Notes: a model not told the origin generated them from the sequence alone. Counted from the stretch's first letter, positions 37,452-47,355 are shown. The stretch is 50,416 nt of DNA from Verrucomicrobiota bacterium (GCA_026397605.1 JAPLUM010000727.1:1-50416); one strand, 5' to 3'. Translations and numbers: made by a program.

Positions 37452-40360
37452 TCGACCTCAATGAAGCCGAGAAGCAGGCGCTCGATTTCGCCAGCCGTGC
37501 ACTTCAAAGCGAATCATCCCGCACTGAGGAAAAAATTCGCCAATTGGTCGAGGCCGCTGCCGTCATGGCGTCCGTCTCAAAGCCAGGCATGACAGTGAAT
37601 GTCGAAGCCCTCATCGCTGAGCTATCTCATGCTGCTTCTGTCTGGACTGAGCGACCCGCTGTATTGTCGGATGGGAAAGTTCAGCCTTGGTGGATCGAGA
37701 GAAAGGGGCAGATCGAACCCATGCGTTTCTGGCGGCGCTACCGTCGCTACTTGGAGCAGGAAAAGAACCTTCGGGATAAGGACCTTGATGCCGTGGATGA
37801 GCAGACTGACGCCATCATTGACCGCATCCAGAACCCAGTGGAGCCCGGTGAGTGGGACGTGCGTGGAATGGTAGTTGGCAGCGTTCAGTCTGGCAAGACT
37901 GCGAACTACGTCGGTGTCACCACCAAGGCTCTCGATGCGGGATACAAGGTCGTCATCATTCTAGCCGGGATTCACAACAATCTGCGAGCACAGACTCAGG
38001 AGCGAGTAGATGAGGGCATTCTTGGCTTCGATAGCCAGCGTCGGCTTGACCCTGACCGTGCTGATTATCGCATCGGTGTCGGCAAGCTGTTAAAGACGCC
38101 TGAGTTGGGCGACCCACCATCTATCACGCCGCTCACCAACAGTGCCGAGAATGGCGATTTCACGCTTGGTGCTCAGAAGGTGAATGTGAGCCTTGCTGGT
38201 GGTCCTATTATTTTGGTGGTGAAGAAAAACCAGACACCGCTCAAGCACATATTGAAATGGCTCGAAGTGGCAGGCGGGCAACTTGGACACCACGCCGCCG
38301 GAGCGCGGATCACGAAGCTGCCGCTTCTGATGATCGATGACGAGGCGGACAACGCTTCCATCAACACCAAAGACAGGCCTGGAGCGCATGATGAAGAAAC
38401 CAACATCACGAAGATCAATAAGCTGATTCGGTTGATTCTGAATCGCTTCGAGCAAAGCAGCTACATCGGCTACACGGCCACGCCATTCGCGAACATCTTC
38501 ATTAATCCCGAGGCCGAGCGAGATGATGAGGGGAAGGATTTGTTTCCACGAGACTTCATCGTGAACGTCCGCCCAAGTTCGCGCTACGTTGGCCCAGCGA
38601 AGGTCTTTGGATACTCGCGCGATCTCGACACAGGAATTGATGGCGTTCAGCCGCTGCCCATTGTGCGCCCAGTCAGTGATCACGAGGACTCGTTTCCTGC
38701 CAAGCATAAGCAGGAGCACAGGCCTGAAAGCCTACCTGCTACACTCAAAGAAGCCATGTTGGCGTTTATCCTAACCTGCGCCGCCAGACGAGTGCGAGGA
38801 CAACGCAAGGTTCACAACTCCATGCTGATTCATGTGACCCGGTTTATAGGCGTCCAGAAGCAGGTCAAAGAACTGGTCGATAACGAGTTCCAACGGGTGA
38901 AGCGCGCCATCAAATACGATAAGGCCGATCATCCTGTCTGGAAGTCACTGCGGGCGCTTTGGGATAGCGACTTCCTGCCAGGTTCGGACCAAGTCCGTGC
39001 CATTGATGGCGATGCAAGGCTGACCCCGCTACTTTGGGATGATGTTTGCGCTGAGCTGTCGGTCGCCGCAGATAAGGTGGTTGTGAAGGAGATTCACGGC
39101 GAGAGCAAAGAGGCCCTCGATTACAGTCGCCAACCAGAAGGAGTTTCCTTGATCGCGGTAGGAGGAAACAAGCTCTCGCGTGGCCTGACTCTAGAAGGCC
39201 TGAGTGTGAGTTACTTTCTTCGCTCGACCCGCATGTATGACACACTCATGCAAATGGGCCGATGGTTTGGCTATCGTGATGGCTATCTTGATCTCTGCCG
39301 TCTCTATACCACTGACGAGCTACGAGATTGGTTCAGCCACATCGCGCTCGCAGAAGAAGAGTTGAAGCGTGAGTTCGATCACATGGTAGATGCCCGGTTG
39401 ACACCTGCGGACTACGGCCTGCGCGTCAGGCAGCACCCAGATGGAATGATGGTCACTGCGTTGAACAAAATGGCGCACGGACAAACCCGTGAGGTGACTT
39501 TTGCCGGGCAGCTCGTGCAGACAGCATTCTTCACACGCAACGTGAAGCGCCAGCAGGGCAACGCACAGCTTGTAGAGCGTTGGCTTTCCGGACTGTCTGC
39601 TTTCCGCAGTTATGATGATGGGCATCTACGCTGGACGGCCAGTCGCGACCAGTTGACCTCCCTCCTCAATGACATCCTGGCTCCTGGATTCATCCATGAG
39701 AAGTGCAGCAGGTTCGGCCCTGAGTTGCGGATGTTTGTCCAAGCACAAGAACAGGCTGGCGGACTCCTTGAGTGGACCGTGATCGTTCCAAAAGGTGGAC
39801 AGAAATCCGCCCAAGTAGCGGGACGGCCTGTGAACCTGACCAAACGCTCGGATGTATCAGAGTCCCAAAATTACTACAGCCTGAGCAAGGCTAATGTTCA
39901 GGAGCCGAAACATGAAATGCTGGACCTTGAGGAGATAGACCTGACTGAGGAACTAGCTGCGGAGCTATTCGCTAAACTCGAAATACGTGAGTCTGCTGCA
40001 TCAGCAACGCCTCTCATCAAACCGGGCGAGGAAGTGGATGCTGTGAGGGCGTGCATCGGCCAAAAAGTTTCTAAAGCGGTCGATGCTCTCGCAAAAGTTC
40101 GAGGACATGCCGCCGTTGGCGCACAGCGCGATGAAATGAGGCAGCTTCGTCCAGCAGCCAAAGGACTATTGCTGATTTACCCTCTCGACACCTCCGGTGT
40201 GAAGGAATTGGGAGATGCGCCCTTCGTGCCAGCCTTCGCCTTAAGCTTCCCTGCGACGGACAAGGCTCGGCGAGTTTTGTATCGAGTGAACTCGGTCTGG
40301 ATCGAGAAGCAGCTCGCGAGATTCAACCTGGAGGACACCGCGAATGAAGACGATTGGTGA
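37448..40360 (+). CDS. Z1-domain SF2-helicase-like protein, Mza-type
   Basis: Start MIDL at 37448 (ATGA overlap); GMVVGSVQSGKT, IDDEAD, YTATP, HNSMLIH, GGNKLSRGLTLEGL, YDTLMQMGRWFGYR. Confidence 0.93.
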   Translation: MIDLNEAEKQALDFASRALQSESSRTEEKIRQLVEAAAVMASVSKPGMTVNVEALIAELSHAASVWTERPAVLSDGKVQPWWIERKGQIEPMRFWRRYRRYLEQEKNLRDKDLDAVDEQTDAIIDRIQNPVEPGEWDVRGMVVGSVQSGKTANYVGVTTKALDAGYKVVIILAGIHNNLRAQTQERVDEGILGFDSQRRLDPDRADYRIGVGKLLKTPELGDPPSITPLTNSAENGDFTLGAQKVNVSLAGGPIILVVKKNQTPLKHILKWLEVAGGQLGHHAAGARITKLPLLMIDDEADNASINTKDRPGAHDEETNITKINKLIRLILNRFEQSSYIGYTATPFANIFINPEAERDDEGKDLFPRDFIVNVRPSSRYVGPAKVFGYSRDLDTGIDGVQPLPIVRPVSDHEDSFPAKHKQEHRPESLPATLKEAMLAFILTCAARRVRGQRKVHNSMLIHVTRFIGVQKQVKELVDNEFQRVKRAIKYDKADHPVWKSLRALWDSDFLPGSDQVRAIDGDARLTPLLWDDVCAELSVAADKVVVKEIHGESKEALDYSRQPEGVSLIAVGGNKLSRGLTLEGLSVSYFLRSTRMYDTLMQMGRWFGYRDGYLDLCRLYTTDELRDWFSHIALAEEELKREFDHMVDARLTPADYGLRVRQHPDGMMVTALNKMAHGQTREVTFAGQLVQTAFFTRNVKRQQGNAQLVERWLSGLSAFRSYDDGHLRWTASRDQLTSLLNDILAPGFIHEKCSRFGPELRMFVQAQEQAGGLLEWTVIVPKGGQKSAQVAGRPVNLTKRSDVSESQNYYSLSKANVQEPKHEMLDLEEIDLTEELAAELFAKLEIRESAASATPLIKPGEEVDAVRACIGQKVSKAVDALAKVRGHAAVGAQRDEMRQLRPAAKGLLLIYPLDTSGVKELGDAPFVPAFALSFPATDKARRVLYRVNSVWIEKQLARFNLEDTANEDDW

Positions 40361-41354
40361 TATGTGGAAGGAGATCGAGGCCGATCTGGAGGCTCAAAAA
40401 GGTTCTGCCAACGGTCCCGGTCTGCTGACGCGCTTGGCGACTTCTGAGGCTGGGCAGCGGCTGAGAGTCGGTGTCGAATGGCCGTCAAAGGCCCGCGTGT
40501 TGCTTTTCTCGGCTCAGGCATCATCGTTGCCGCCGAGAGCAGCTTGGCCCGAATGCAAAGGTCTGGAACTGCTGCTGGATGCAAAGCCCAGCGGTGAAGC
40601 CTCATTGATCGTCCGCCTGCGTGACCTTCGCGGGCAAGATGTGTTCTCTGTCCTTGCCGAAGACCTAGCCCGTCGGGCTGTGGGTGGCTCTGAGGCAGAG
40701 GCCGCACGCCGAGTATTGTCAGCGCTCGGACGCTGGCAGAAGTTTTTAGCAGTTGCGGGTCGCTCTCTTTCGGATGAAGCACGGCGCGGATTGTGGGGAG
40801 AGCTTTGGGCACTAGAGCATGTGATGTCGGCTGCTGTCGGAATCGAGGCAGCGATAGGTGCTTGGCGTGGGCCAGCGGGAGCACCGCAGGATTTCCAACA
40901 TCAGGGCACTGCGGTTGAGGTGAAGACACGCGCAGCGCGTTCGCCTGCCGTGGTGCGCATTTCGGGAGAGCAGCAGCTCCATGAGGCTCCCTGGCAGAAT
41001 CTTTTCCTCACGCACATCGCCGTGGATGAGCAGGACGGCGCTGGCGAAACCTTGCCACAACGCATCGCGAGAATCAGGAGTCTGGCTGCTGCGACGGCTG
41101 CCGCCGAGTTATTCGAAGACGCCCTAGCTGACGCAGGCTGGATGGAAGCTGAGTCGGAGAAACATCAAACGCGCGGTTTCATCCAGCGAGAGCTGGATGC
41201 CTTCCGCGTAGCGGCTGCTTTTCCCCGGCTGACACCGCTCCTGCTGCCGCCAGGGATCGGCGGCGTGGTCTATGATTTGAGTCTGGATGCCGCGCGGCCT
41301 TTCACCGTGCCGATGGCGGAGGTGCAGCAGGCGCTGACTCCCGCTCCACACTGA
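40344..41354 (+). CDS. PD-(D/E)XK motif protein (DUF4420-like), Mza-type
   Basis: RWQKFL, GLWGEL, AWRGP..QDF..AVEVKT, ISGEQQL, FPRL. Confidence 0.88.
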   Translation: MKTIGDMWKEIEADLEAQKGSANGPGLLTRLATSEAGQRLRVGVEWPSKARVLLFSAQASSLPPRAAWPECKGLELLLDAKPSGEASLIVRLRDLRGQDVFSVLAEDLARRAVGGSEAEAARRVLSALGRWQKFLAVAGRSLSDEARRGLWGELWALEHVMSAAVGIEAAIGAWRGPAGAPQDFQHQGTAVEVKTRAARSPAVVRISGEQQLHEAPWQNLFLTHIAVDEQDGAGETLPQRIARIRSLAAATAAAELFEDALADAGWMEAESEKHQTRGFIQRELDAFRVAAAFPRLTPLLLPPGIGGVVYDLSLDAARPFTVPMAEVQQALTPAPH

Positions 41355-41399
41355 CCACGCGTGCCATTCGCAGCGACACTTTACCCCCACACAACGAAC

Positions 41400-43472
41400 A
41401 TGGAACTGACTGAACTGGCGAACTATCTGGATGAAGAAGTGCAGGCCGCCTGCGCCGGAGACAAGAACATCGAAGGCCCGGAGGATGGCTTCACCGAGGT
41501 GATGCTGACCTATCTGGCCGAAGGCAACGAAGTGGATGCCTGGGAGCTTGGCTACGCCAAAAAGACTGGCCGCAGGAATGCCCCAGCCTTCAAGATCAAT
41601 GCCTGGAACCTGCATGAGCAGGGTGGGGATCAGGAAAGCAGTGCGCCGTTGTTGGACCTCTTTGTCTCCATTTACAAGCCGGGTGCCACCGGCCAAAGTG
41701 TGTCGAAGAGTGAAGTTGCAGAGCACTTTGAGCTAGCGCGAAGTTTTCTTTCCCAATCTCTCACGGCCTTTGGCGGTAAGCTTAATGGTTTGGAGGAAAG
41801 CGCCCCACCCTATGAGGCGACGACGAAGATCTATACCCACCGCGACGATCTGGATACGGCCCGCATCTTCCTCCTGACGAATGGTGTGGTAAAAGCAGCG
41901 GAGGAGAAGGATGCCGAGATCGGCGGGATCGACGTGAAGCATTACCTCTGGGACTTGGAGAAGCTCCGCCGCCTCCTCAGCAGCGGCCAGGAGCGCGAAA
42001 CCATCCAGATCGATCTAGTGAAGAGCTATGGAGGTGCGGTGCCTTGTCTGGCTCAAGAGGATGGCACCGGCGAGTACACAGCTTATCTGGCCTTCTTCCC
42101 AGCCGCATTGCTCGCCAAGATTTACGGCGACTACGGCCCGCGCCTGCTGGAGAAGAACGTGCGCTCCTTCCTCCAAGCGAAGGGTAAGGTGAACAAAGGA
42201 ATTCAGACAACTATCCGAGAACAGCCGCATCGCTTCCTAGCCTACAACAATGGCATCTCCGGCACGGCAGAGGCGGTGACGGTTTCCAAATCAAAAGACG
42301 GCTCATGCAAGCTGGAGCATCTGCGTGACTTCCAGATCGTGAACGGTGGTCAGACGACGGCCAGCATCTACCACGCGATGAAAAAGGAGAAGGCAGACAT
42401 CTCACATGTCACCGTGCAGGTGAAGCTGACCGTGGTGAAGGAGGCTGCCAAGTTGGTCGAGTTCGTTCCTTTGATTTCTCGCTTCGCTAACAGCCAAAAC
42501 TCAATCAAGGGAGCAGATTTCAGCGCGAATGACGAGTGGCATCAAAAGTTGGAGAACTTCTCCCGCACGGTCTGGGCACCTGCTGCCTCAGGCACGGGCA
42601 AAGGCACACGCTGGTATTATGAGAGGGCGCGTGGCTCCCATCTCGATGACAAGATGCGTGCTGGGACGCCAGCTAGGCAGAAAGCATGGGAAACGGAGAA
42701 TCCGGTGTTTCAGAAGTTCACCAAAACGGATGTGGCGAAGTATGAGCAAACTTGGAATCAGTTGCCACACGCCGTGAGCAAAGGTGCAGAGAAGAACTTC
42801 ATCGAGTGGACGCTCAGCCGTGCTAGAACGTCACCACCAACGCAAAAAGATTTCGAAAGGCTTGCGGCTAAGGCAATTCTCTTTCGTACCACTGAGAAGC
42901 TCGTCTCGCGTCTGGAGCAAGGTGGATACCGGGCGAATGTAGTGGCTTACTCTCTTGCTTGGCTGGCCCGGGAGACAGCTGGCAGGCTGGACCTAGATGC
43001 CATCTGGCGTCGGCAAAACCTGGACGAGCGGCTATGCGATGCGATTACCGAGATTGCCAAACAGGCGTTTGATCATCTCAAAGAGACTGCGGGTTCCAGG
43101 AATGTCACTGAGTGGGCCAAGAAGCCTGAGTGCTGGGAAAGCTTCCAGACCACTACGATCAAGCTTACTGACCTAAAGCAGTTCAACACTAAAGGTGAAT
43201 CGAATGCCGACACGGACGAACACAACGCTTCCACTCAAGCAACTGCCAGCTCATGGGCGCAGCTTTATGAGGTGATCCAACGCCACAAACCCAGTCTTTG
43301 GCAGGACCTCGCCACATGGGGTGGAGGCAGTGGTCATCTCAAGAATTGGCAGGTCACGATGTGCGGCAATTTTCACCGCAAACTTGAGCGAGGAAAGAAA
43401 CCAACCTTCCCAGAATGCAAGGCCGTGCTGGAAATCTTGGAAGCTGCGAGAGCCAAGGGATTCACTCACTGA
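41400..43472 (+). CDS. AIPR-family protein, Mza-type
   Basis: Start MELTEL at 41400; LLEKNVRSFL, NKGIQTTI, FLAYNNGI, QIVNGGQTTASI, ANSQN, WYYERARG. Confidence 0.93.
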   Translation: MELTELANYLDEEVQAACAGDKNIEGPEDGFTEVMLTYLAEGNEVDAWELGYAKKTGRRNAPAFKINAWNLHEQGGDQESSAPLLDLFVSIYKPGATGQSVSKSEVAEHFELARSFLSQSLTAFGGKLNGLEESAPPYEATTKIYTHRDDLDTARIFLLTNGVVKAAEEKDAEIGGIDVKHYLWDLEKLRRLLSSGQERETIQIDLVKSYGGAVPCLAQEDGTGEYTAYLAFFPAALLAKIYGDYGPRLLEKNVRSFLQAKGKVNKGIQTTIREQPHRFLAYNNGISGTAEAVTVSKSKDGSCKLEHLRDFQIVNGGQTTASIYHAMKKEKADISHVTVQVKLTVVKEAAKLVEFVPLISRFANSQNSIKGADFSANDEWHQKLENFSRTVWAPAASGTGKGTRWYYERARGSHLDDKMRAGTPARQKAWETENPVFQKFTKTDVAKYEQTWNQLPHAVSKGAEKNFIEWTLSRARTSPPTQKDFERLAAKAILFRTTEKLVSRLEQGGYRANVVAYSLAWLARETAGRLDLDAIWRRQNLDERLCDAITEIAKQAFDHLKETAGSRNVTEWAKKPECWESFQTTTIKLTDLKQFNTKGESNADTDEHNASTQATASSWAQLYEVIQRHKPSLWQDLATWGGGSGHLKNWQVTMCGNFHRKLERGKKPTFPECKAVLEILEAARAKGFTH

Positions 43473-43486
43473 GATAAGCGGAACGC

Positions 43487-44872
43487 ATGAATGACTGGAT
43501 GTATCAAAGTGCTAGGCAGTGGGACTCACTGAGAGCACACGCACGTTCCCAACGCTGGCCCAGTCAGCCTGGATTTACCGTCGCCTCATGCGCGGCAACT
43601 ACGGGCAGGGAGTGGTATCAGACACGTGCGGCGGACACTGTCAGCAGTTTTCTCGCCATGGACGGTATAACGCTGGTCCGTTACCCCACCTTCGGGCGAG
43701 TGAAGATTCAGAATCTCATCGAAATCCTCAGCGCAGCCATGGGCGTCGAGCCTGACTCCGATCACCTCCTCATGGCGTTTGATCAGGCAGATAATACAGG
43801 GTCTGCGAAGAATCCAGAGACTGCACTTTCGAAACTACTGCCTGAAATTAGGACCTCCACAGAGTGCCTTCAACAGATGGGTGTACCTGCTGAGCTGCCG
43901 CTAGAACTTGTTCGCCTACCAGTTCGCATCCAGCATTACTGCGAGGAAAATCATCTGAAACTGCTGGGAGAATTCCTGGAAGCATGGGAAACACTGGGCG
44001 AGCCTTATTTCATGAACCTTCCCAATCTGGGAAAGAAGTCAGTAGGCCTTGTGCGTGGCTTTTACCAAGCCCTTCAACGCGGTGATACAGCCATAGTCGG
44101 CACTTGGATTCCCTTCGCTGTGAATAGCTCTGGACTCAGCCTTGCCAAAGGCCTAACCGCCGCCACGCTTGAGTTGCCTGAGCGCCACCGCGCGCTCTTG
44201 GAAAAGAGGCTGGTGCACGGGCAGACATTGGAAGAAGCAGCGGCAGATTTTGCCCTGACCCGCGAGCGCACTCGTCAGGTGGAGGCGCGGCTACTTAATA
44301 GGGTCGAAAAACTATTGGAATGGTTTCCACAAGAACAGGAGGCGATGCTAGCAGGATGGATGCAGGGAAAATCACCTCTTATTGTGCTTGGTGACGCAGT
44401 TCCAGAAACTGAGCGTGAACTAATCTCCGCTGCTTTGGGACGATATTGCAAGGACCGTCCCGAAGGTGCCGCACGAGATCTAGCTGCGGAAGTCCGTCTG
44501 GAACAATGGCATGAGCAACTCAAGCACCATCCTGACCTTCTTATCGAAGGAGTGGACATGGAAGAGTTCTTGCTTGCCGAGGTGCCTGAAGAATTCCGTG
44601 AGGAGTTGTGTCTCTCGCTGGATGGCTATGGGCGAATTCAGCTCGATCATCAGAAGGGCCGTGTAGTCCATACTGGTCCGAGACTACGGGATGTGGTGAA
44701 GGCAATCCTGGCAAAAGAGGATGACCCGATTCCCTTGACGTGGCTCCTCGAACTAGTGAAACAGACGCCAACCCACGGATATGTCGAACGTGAACAGATC
44801 TACCGTTACCGTAGCCAATGGAAATCCGATGATCCCGATTTCCCGCGAGACAAGGTGTTGTGGCATCAGTAA
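43487..44872 (+). CDS. RNAP alpha-CTD-like repeats + sigma-70 region 4 HTH protein (MzaA-like)
   Basis: Two HhH/alphaCTD-like motifs (LVRYPTFGRVKIQNLIEIL; FMNLPNLGKKSVGLV); sigma4 GQTLEEAAADFALTRERTRQVEARLL; no region 2. Confidence 0.8.
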   Translation: MNDWMYQSARQWDSLRAHARSQRWPSQPGFTVASCAATTGREWYQTRAADTVSSFLAMDGITLVRYPTFGRVKIQNLIEILSAAMGVEPDSDHLLMAFDQADNTGSAKNPETALSKLLPEIRTSTECLQQMGVPAELPLELVRLPVRIQHYCEENHLKLLGEFLEAWETLGEPYFMNLPNLGKKSVGLVRGFYQALQRGDTAIVGTWIPFAVNSSGLSLAKGLTAATLELPERHRALLEKRLVHGQTLEEAAADFALTRERTRQVEARLLNRVEKLLEWFPQEQEAMLAGWMQGKSPLIVLGDAVPETERELISAALGRYCKDRPEGAARDLAAEVRLEQWHEQLKHHPDLLIEGVDMEEFLLAEVPEEFREELCLSLDGYGRIQLDHQKGRVVHTGPRLRDVVKAILAKEDDPIPLTWLLELVKQTPTHGYVEREQIYRYRSQWKSDDPDFPRDKVLWHQ

Positions 44873-44917
44873 GTAAGAGTCTAGTTTATTTATTTCGCTT
44901 TCAGACAAGTTTTTACG

Positions 44918-45220
44918 ATGGACTTCTTCACTCCGGCCAAGCGAAGCGTGGTGATGTCGTGGATCCGGTCGCGGGGGATCCTCAGCATGATTTGGCGGCT
45001 TGTGTCGCTCGTGACGAAGCTGGCTCCCGGCATCGACTTTCCTGAACGGCCTGTGGTCATGGCTTGAGTGGGCTGTCCTTGAGATCTCGGTTCTTCAGTG
45101 AGGGCCTTACACCTCACCGGCAGGCGAGCAGCAGGATGGAAGGTGCTTCGCATCTGGGAGCATAGTCTGAAGCCGCCTGGGCCGGTAATGGCGCGGATTC
45201 GCTGGGCGCTTGCTCGTTGG
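44918..45220 (+). pseudogene. vsr: Decayed very-short-patch repair endonuclease
   Basis: MDFFTPAKRSVVMSWIRSRG then a stop (Vsr N-terminus); GWKVLRIWEHSLK at ~45134 (Vsr C-terminus); the central GCFWH core is absent. Confidence 0.75.
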
Positions 45221-45455
45221 CTTCGAGCGAAGTTTGAACTACTCCAGTTTCCGAGCCTTGCGCATGGTCAGTAGCGCCCCGTTCCGTCACGCATTCAGCG
45301 AAGCGATCAAAGGCCGCTTTGTGTCGCCTTGACGCCGGTGGTGAGTCCCTTGTTGTTGATAATCATCCGCTGCAGATGAAAAAAATTCTTTTCAAGCCTC
45401 GATCTTTTGGCAAACATTGAGCCAGGGACAGCGAATTCATTCCCAATATCGCATC

Positions 45456-46403
45456 ATGAAACACTCGCCTATTTGGACAGTCGAAAGCATCCTTGCAGCA
45501 TTCGCACAGGCACAGGCTGACGCTTGCCCGCATGAGGCGCTGAATGCCGCGCATGATCATCGAGAGGCTTTGATCCCGCATCTCCAGGCAGCCGTGGATC
45601 AGGCCTATGTTCTTTCCGCAGCGGGTCGGCTTCAGCAGGAGGGAGACTGGCGGCCTCATTGCTTCGCCCTCCACCTCCTTGCTGCCTGGCGCGTGCCTGG
45701 CACCTATGACCGCATTCTTCAGGGTTTCATGCTAAAAGACCGCTACGACAGCCGCTGGCTCATGGGGGAGGCCTATCAGGATTGGCCGCATCTTCTCGTT
45801 ACCACCTTTGATGGCGATGTTCCCAGGCTGCTGACCATTCTCAATGCAGAAGATCCACCGTGGCCAATTGAGCTGCGCCACGGCATCATCCTCACCTTGA
45901 GCGGAATCTATTACGATAACCTGGCGGATCGCGGGCTCCTCCAGGATAGCTTTGATGCCTTGCTGGATAGCTTGGATGACTCTCTGCTGCTCCAGACGAT
46001 GATGGAGGAGATCGCTAAACTAAAGCTGCATGACCTATTGCCCAAAGTCTGGAAACTCCTCCGCACCAGTCCACTACGCAAAGAGCTGTCCAAATTTGAA
46101 GTCCAAGACTGTCTCGAAAGCACTTGGGACGCAGGCTTTACCGTGAGCGACGCTCCTAGCACGCCCATCCAAAACCCTCGGGAGGACCTTGCTGTACTTA
46201 TCCAGAGCTGGCTCTTCTTTCTCCCGCCGATAAAACTGAGTCCTGAAGACGAGACTCACCCCAGGGTCCTACGAATGCGGGCTTATGAGAAAGAGGTGAG
46301 CGACTCTACCGCTCGGCCAACCGCCTTTATTTTCTACAAACGCACCCTCCCCTGTCCCTGTGACTCAGGCCTCCCCTATGGAGCCTGCTGCGCACAAAAA
46401 TGA
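45456..46403 (+). CDS. DUF1186-like helical protein with C-terminal SEC-C motif
   Basis: HREALIPHL..., FALHLLAAWR, FDGD; C-terminal PCPCDSGLPYGACC. Confidence 0.75.
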   Translation: MKHSPIWTVESILAAFAQAQADACPHEALNAAHDHREALIPHLQAAVDQAYVLSAAGRLQQEGDWRPHCFALHLLAAWRVPGTYDRILQGFMLKDRYDSRWLMGEAYQDWPHLLVTTFDGDVPRLLTILNAEDPPWPIELRHGIILTLSGIYYDNLADRGLLQDSFDALLDSLDDSLLLQTMMEEIAKLKLHDLLPKVWKLLRTSPLRKELSKFEVQDCLESTWDAGFTVSDAPSTPIQNPREDLAVLIQSWLFFLPPIKLSPEDETHPRVLRMRAYEKEVSDSTARPTAFIFYKRTLPCPCDSGLPYGACCAQK

Positions 46404-46527
46404 GACCATCCCCAGGGATGGTTTCTGGGACTCAGGAAAGAGGCGGCTGTCTGTAAACCGTCAAGGTAGCTCACTCGATATTTGGATTGGAGCTGTTCAC
46501 CTCAGTCAATTCATAGATCGATCATTT

Positions 46528-46716
46528 TTAGGGTGTCGGTGGCACCACTGGCGGCTCTGGCTCCTCACCGCTCTCAGGATTCTCCAGCAGATCCTGGCGC
46601 ATGTAGAGCGTCAGTTTCTCTGGCTGGCGTGGGAACATTTCCATGAGCTTGCAGAGGTTGAGAAAAAGCATGAGCTGCAAGTTTTCGCGTGCCATTTGTT
46701 TGCCTTCCAGAGCCAC
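46528..46716 (-). pseudogene. Probable 3' remnant of a hypothetical gene
   Basis: Protein-like ARENLQLMLFLNLCKLMEMFPRQPEKLTLYMRQDLLEN...PEPPVVPPTP* with no convincing start or RBS. Confidence 0.35.
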
Positions 46717-46754
46717 TTGTCAAATCTTCAGCAGTGCCAAGAAGGCCCGATCAA

Positions 46755-46811
46755 ATGAGGAAAGCAGGAAGGCAGGAAATAGATTGATTCCTGTATTCCT
46801 GCCTTCCTCAT
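46755..46811. repeat. Imperfect inverted repeat (REP-like hairpin)
   Basis: ATGAGGAAAGCAGGAAGGCAGGAA ... TTCCTGTATTCCTGCCTTCCTCAT, 24-bp arms with 3 mismatches. Confidence 0.7.
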
Positions 46812-46874
46812 GATAAGTGGATTGGCTTGTTTTTGAAAAGCTTCGCAAGAGGCTCTACCTGCTGAGCCGTTTCG

Positions 46875-47124
46875 GAAGCCCCTCCAAAAAATCAGAACCC
46901 TCGGGAAACTCGTTGGAAGACATTTCTGAAAACCAGACATCGTGGAATGACACTTGGGAGGTCGTTCCCAAAATCCGGAAGTCTCGGGGAAACGTTACGG
47001 AAGCTCCTCTGAAAACTCGAGGTCACGAAAAACCACTCAGGAAGTCGTTCCGAAAACTCAGAAGTGCTTTGGAACGAGTTTGGCGGTCATTCTGAAAAGT
47101 GGGAAGCCACGGGTGTGCGATGCG
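46875..47124 (+). repeat. Six degenerate 41-42 bp tandem units
   Basis: GAAGnCnTTCYGAAAA-like heads at 46875, 46916, 46958, 47000, 47041, 47083. Confidence 0.65.
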
Positions 47125-47355
47125 GGAATACGGTCCGCTTTATCGGGGAAGTTGGTCTGAAGCTGCCTGAGCCCCGTGATCGCTCGGATTCGCAGGACGC
47201 TTGCTGTGGACTCATGACGAGCCGCTGCATGTGCCTGTGGCTGTAAACGATTGTGAGAGGGAAGGGGAGGTGCGCTTTACCTTCATTCTGCTCCCTACCT
47301 CATTTTCAAAAATGCATTGCTTTCTAGCATTGTTTCTGCCATTTTTAGATGATAA

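Noticed and set aside
46875-47124. Possible CRISPR array
   Set aside because: Repeats are too divergent and short, not palindromic, and there are no cas genes or leader
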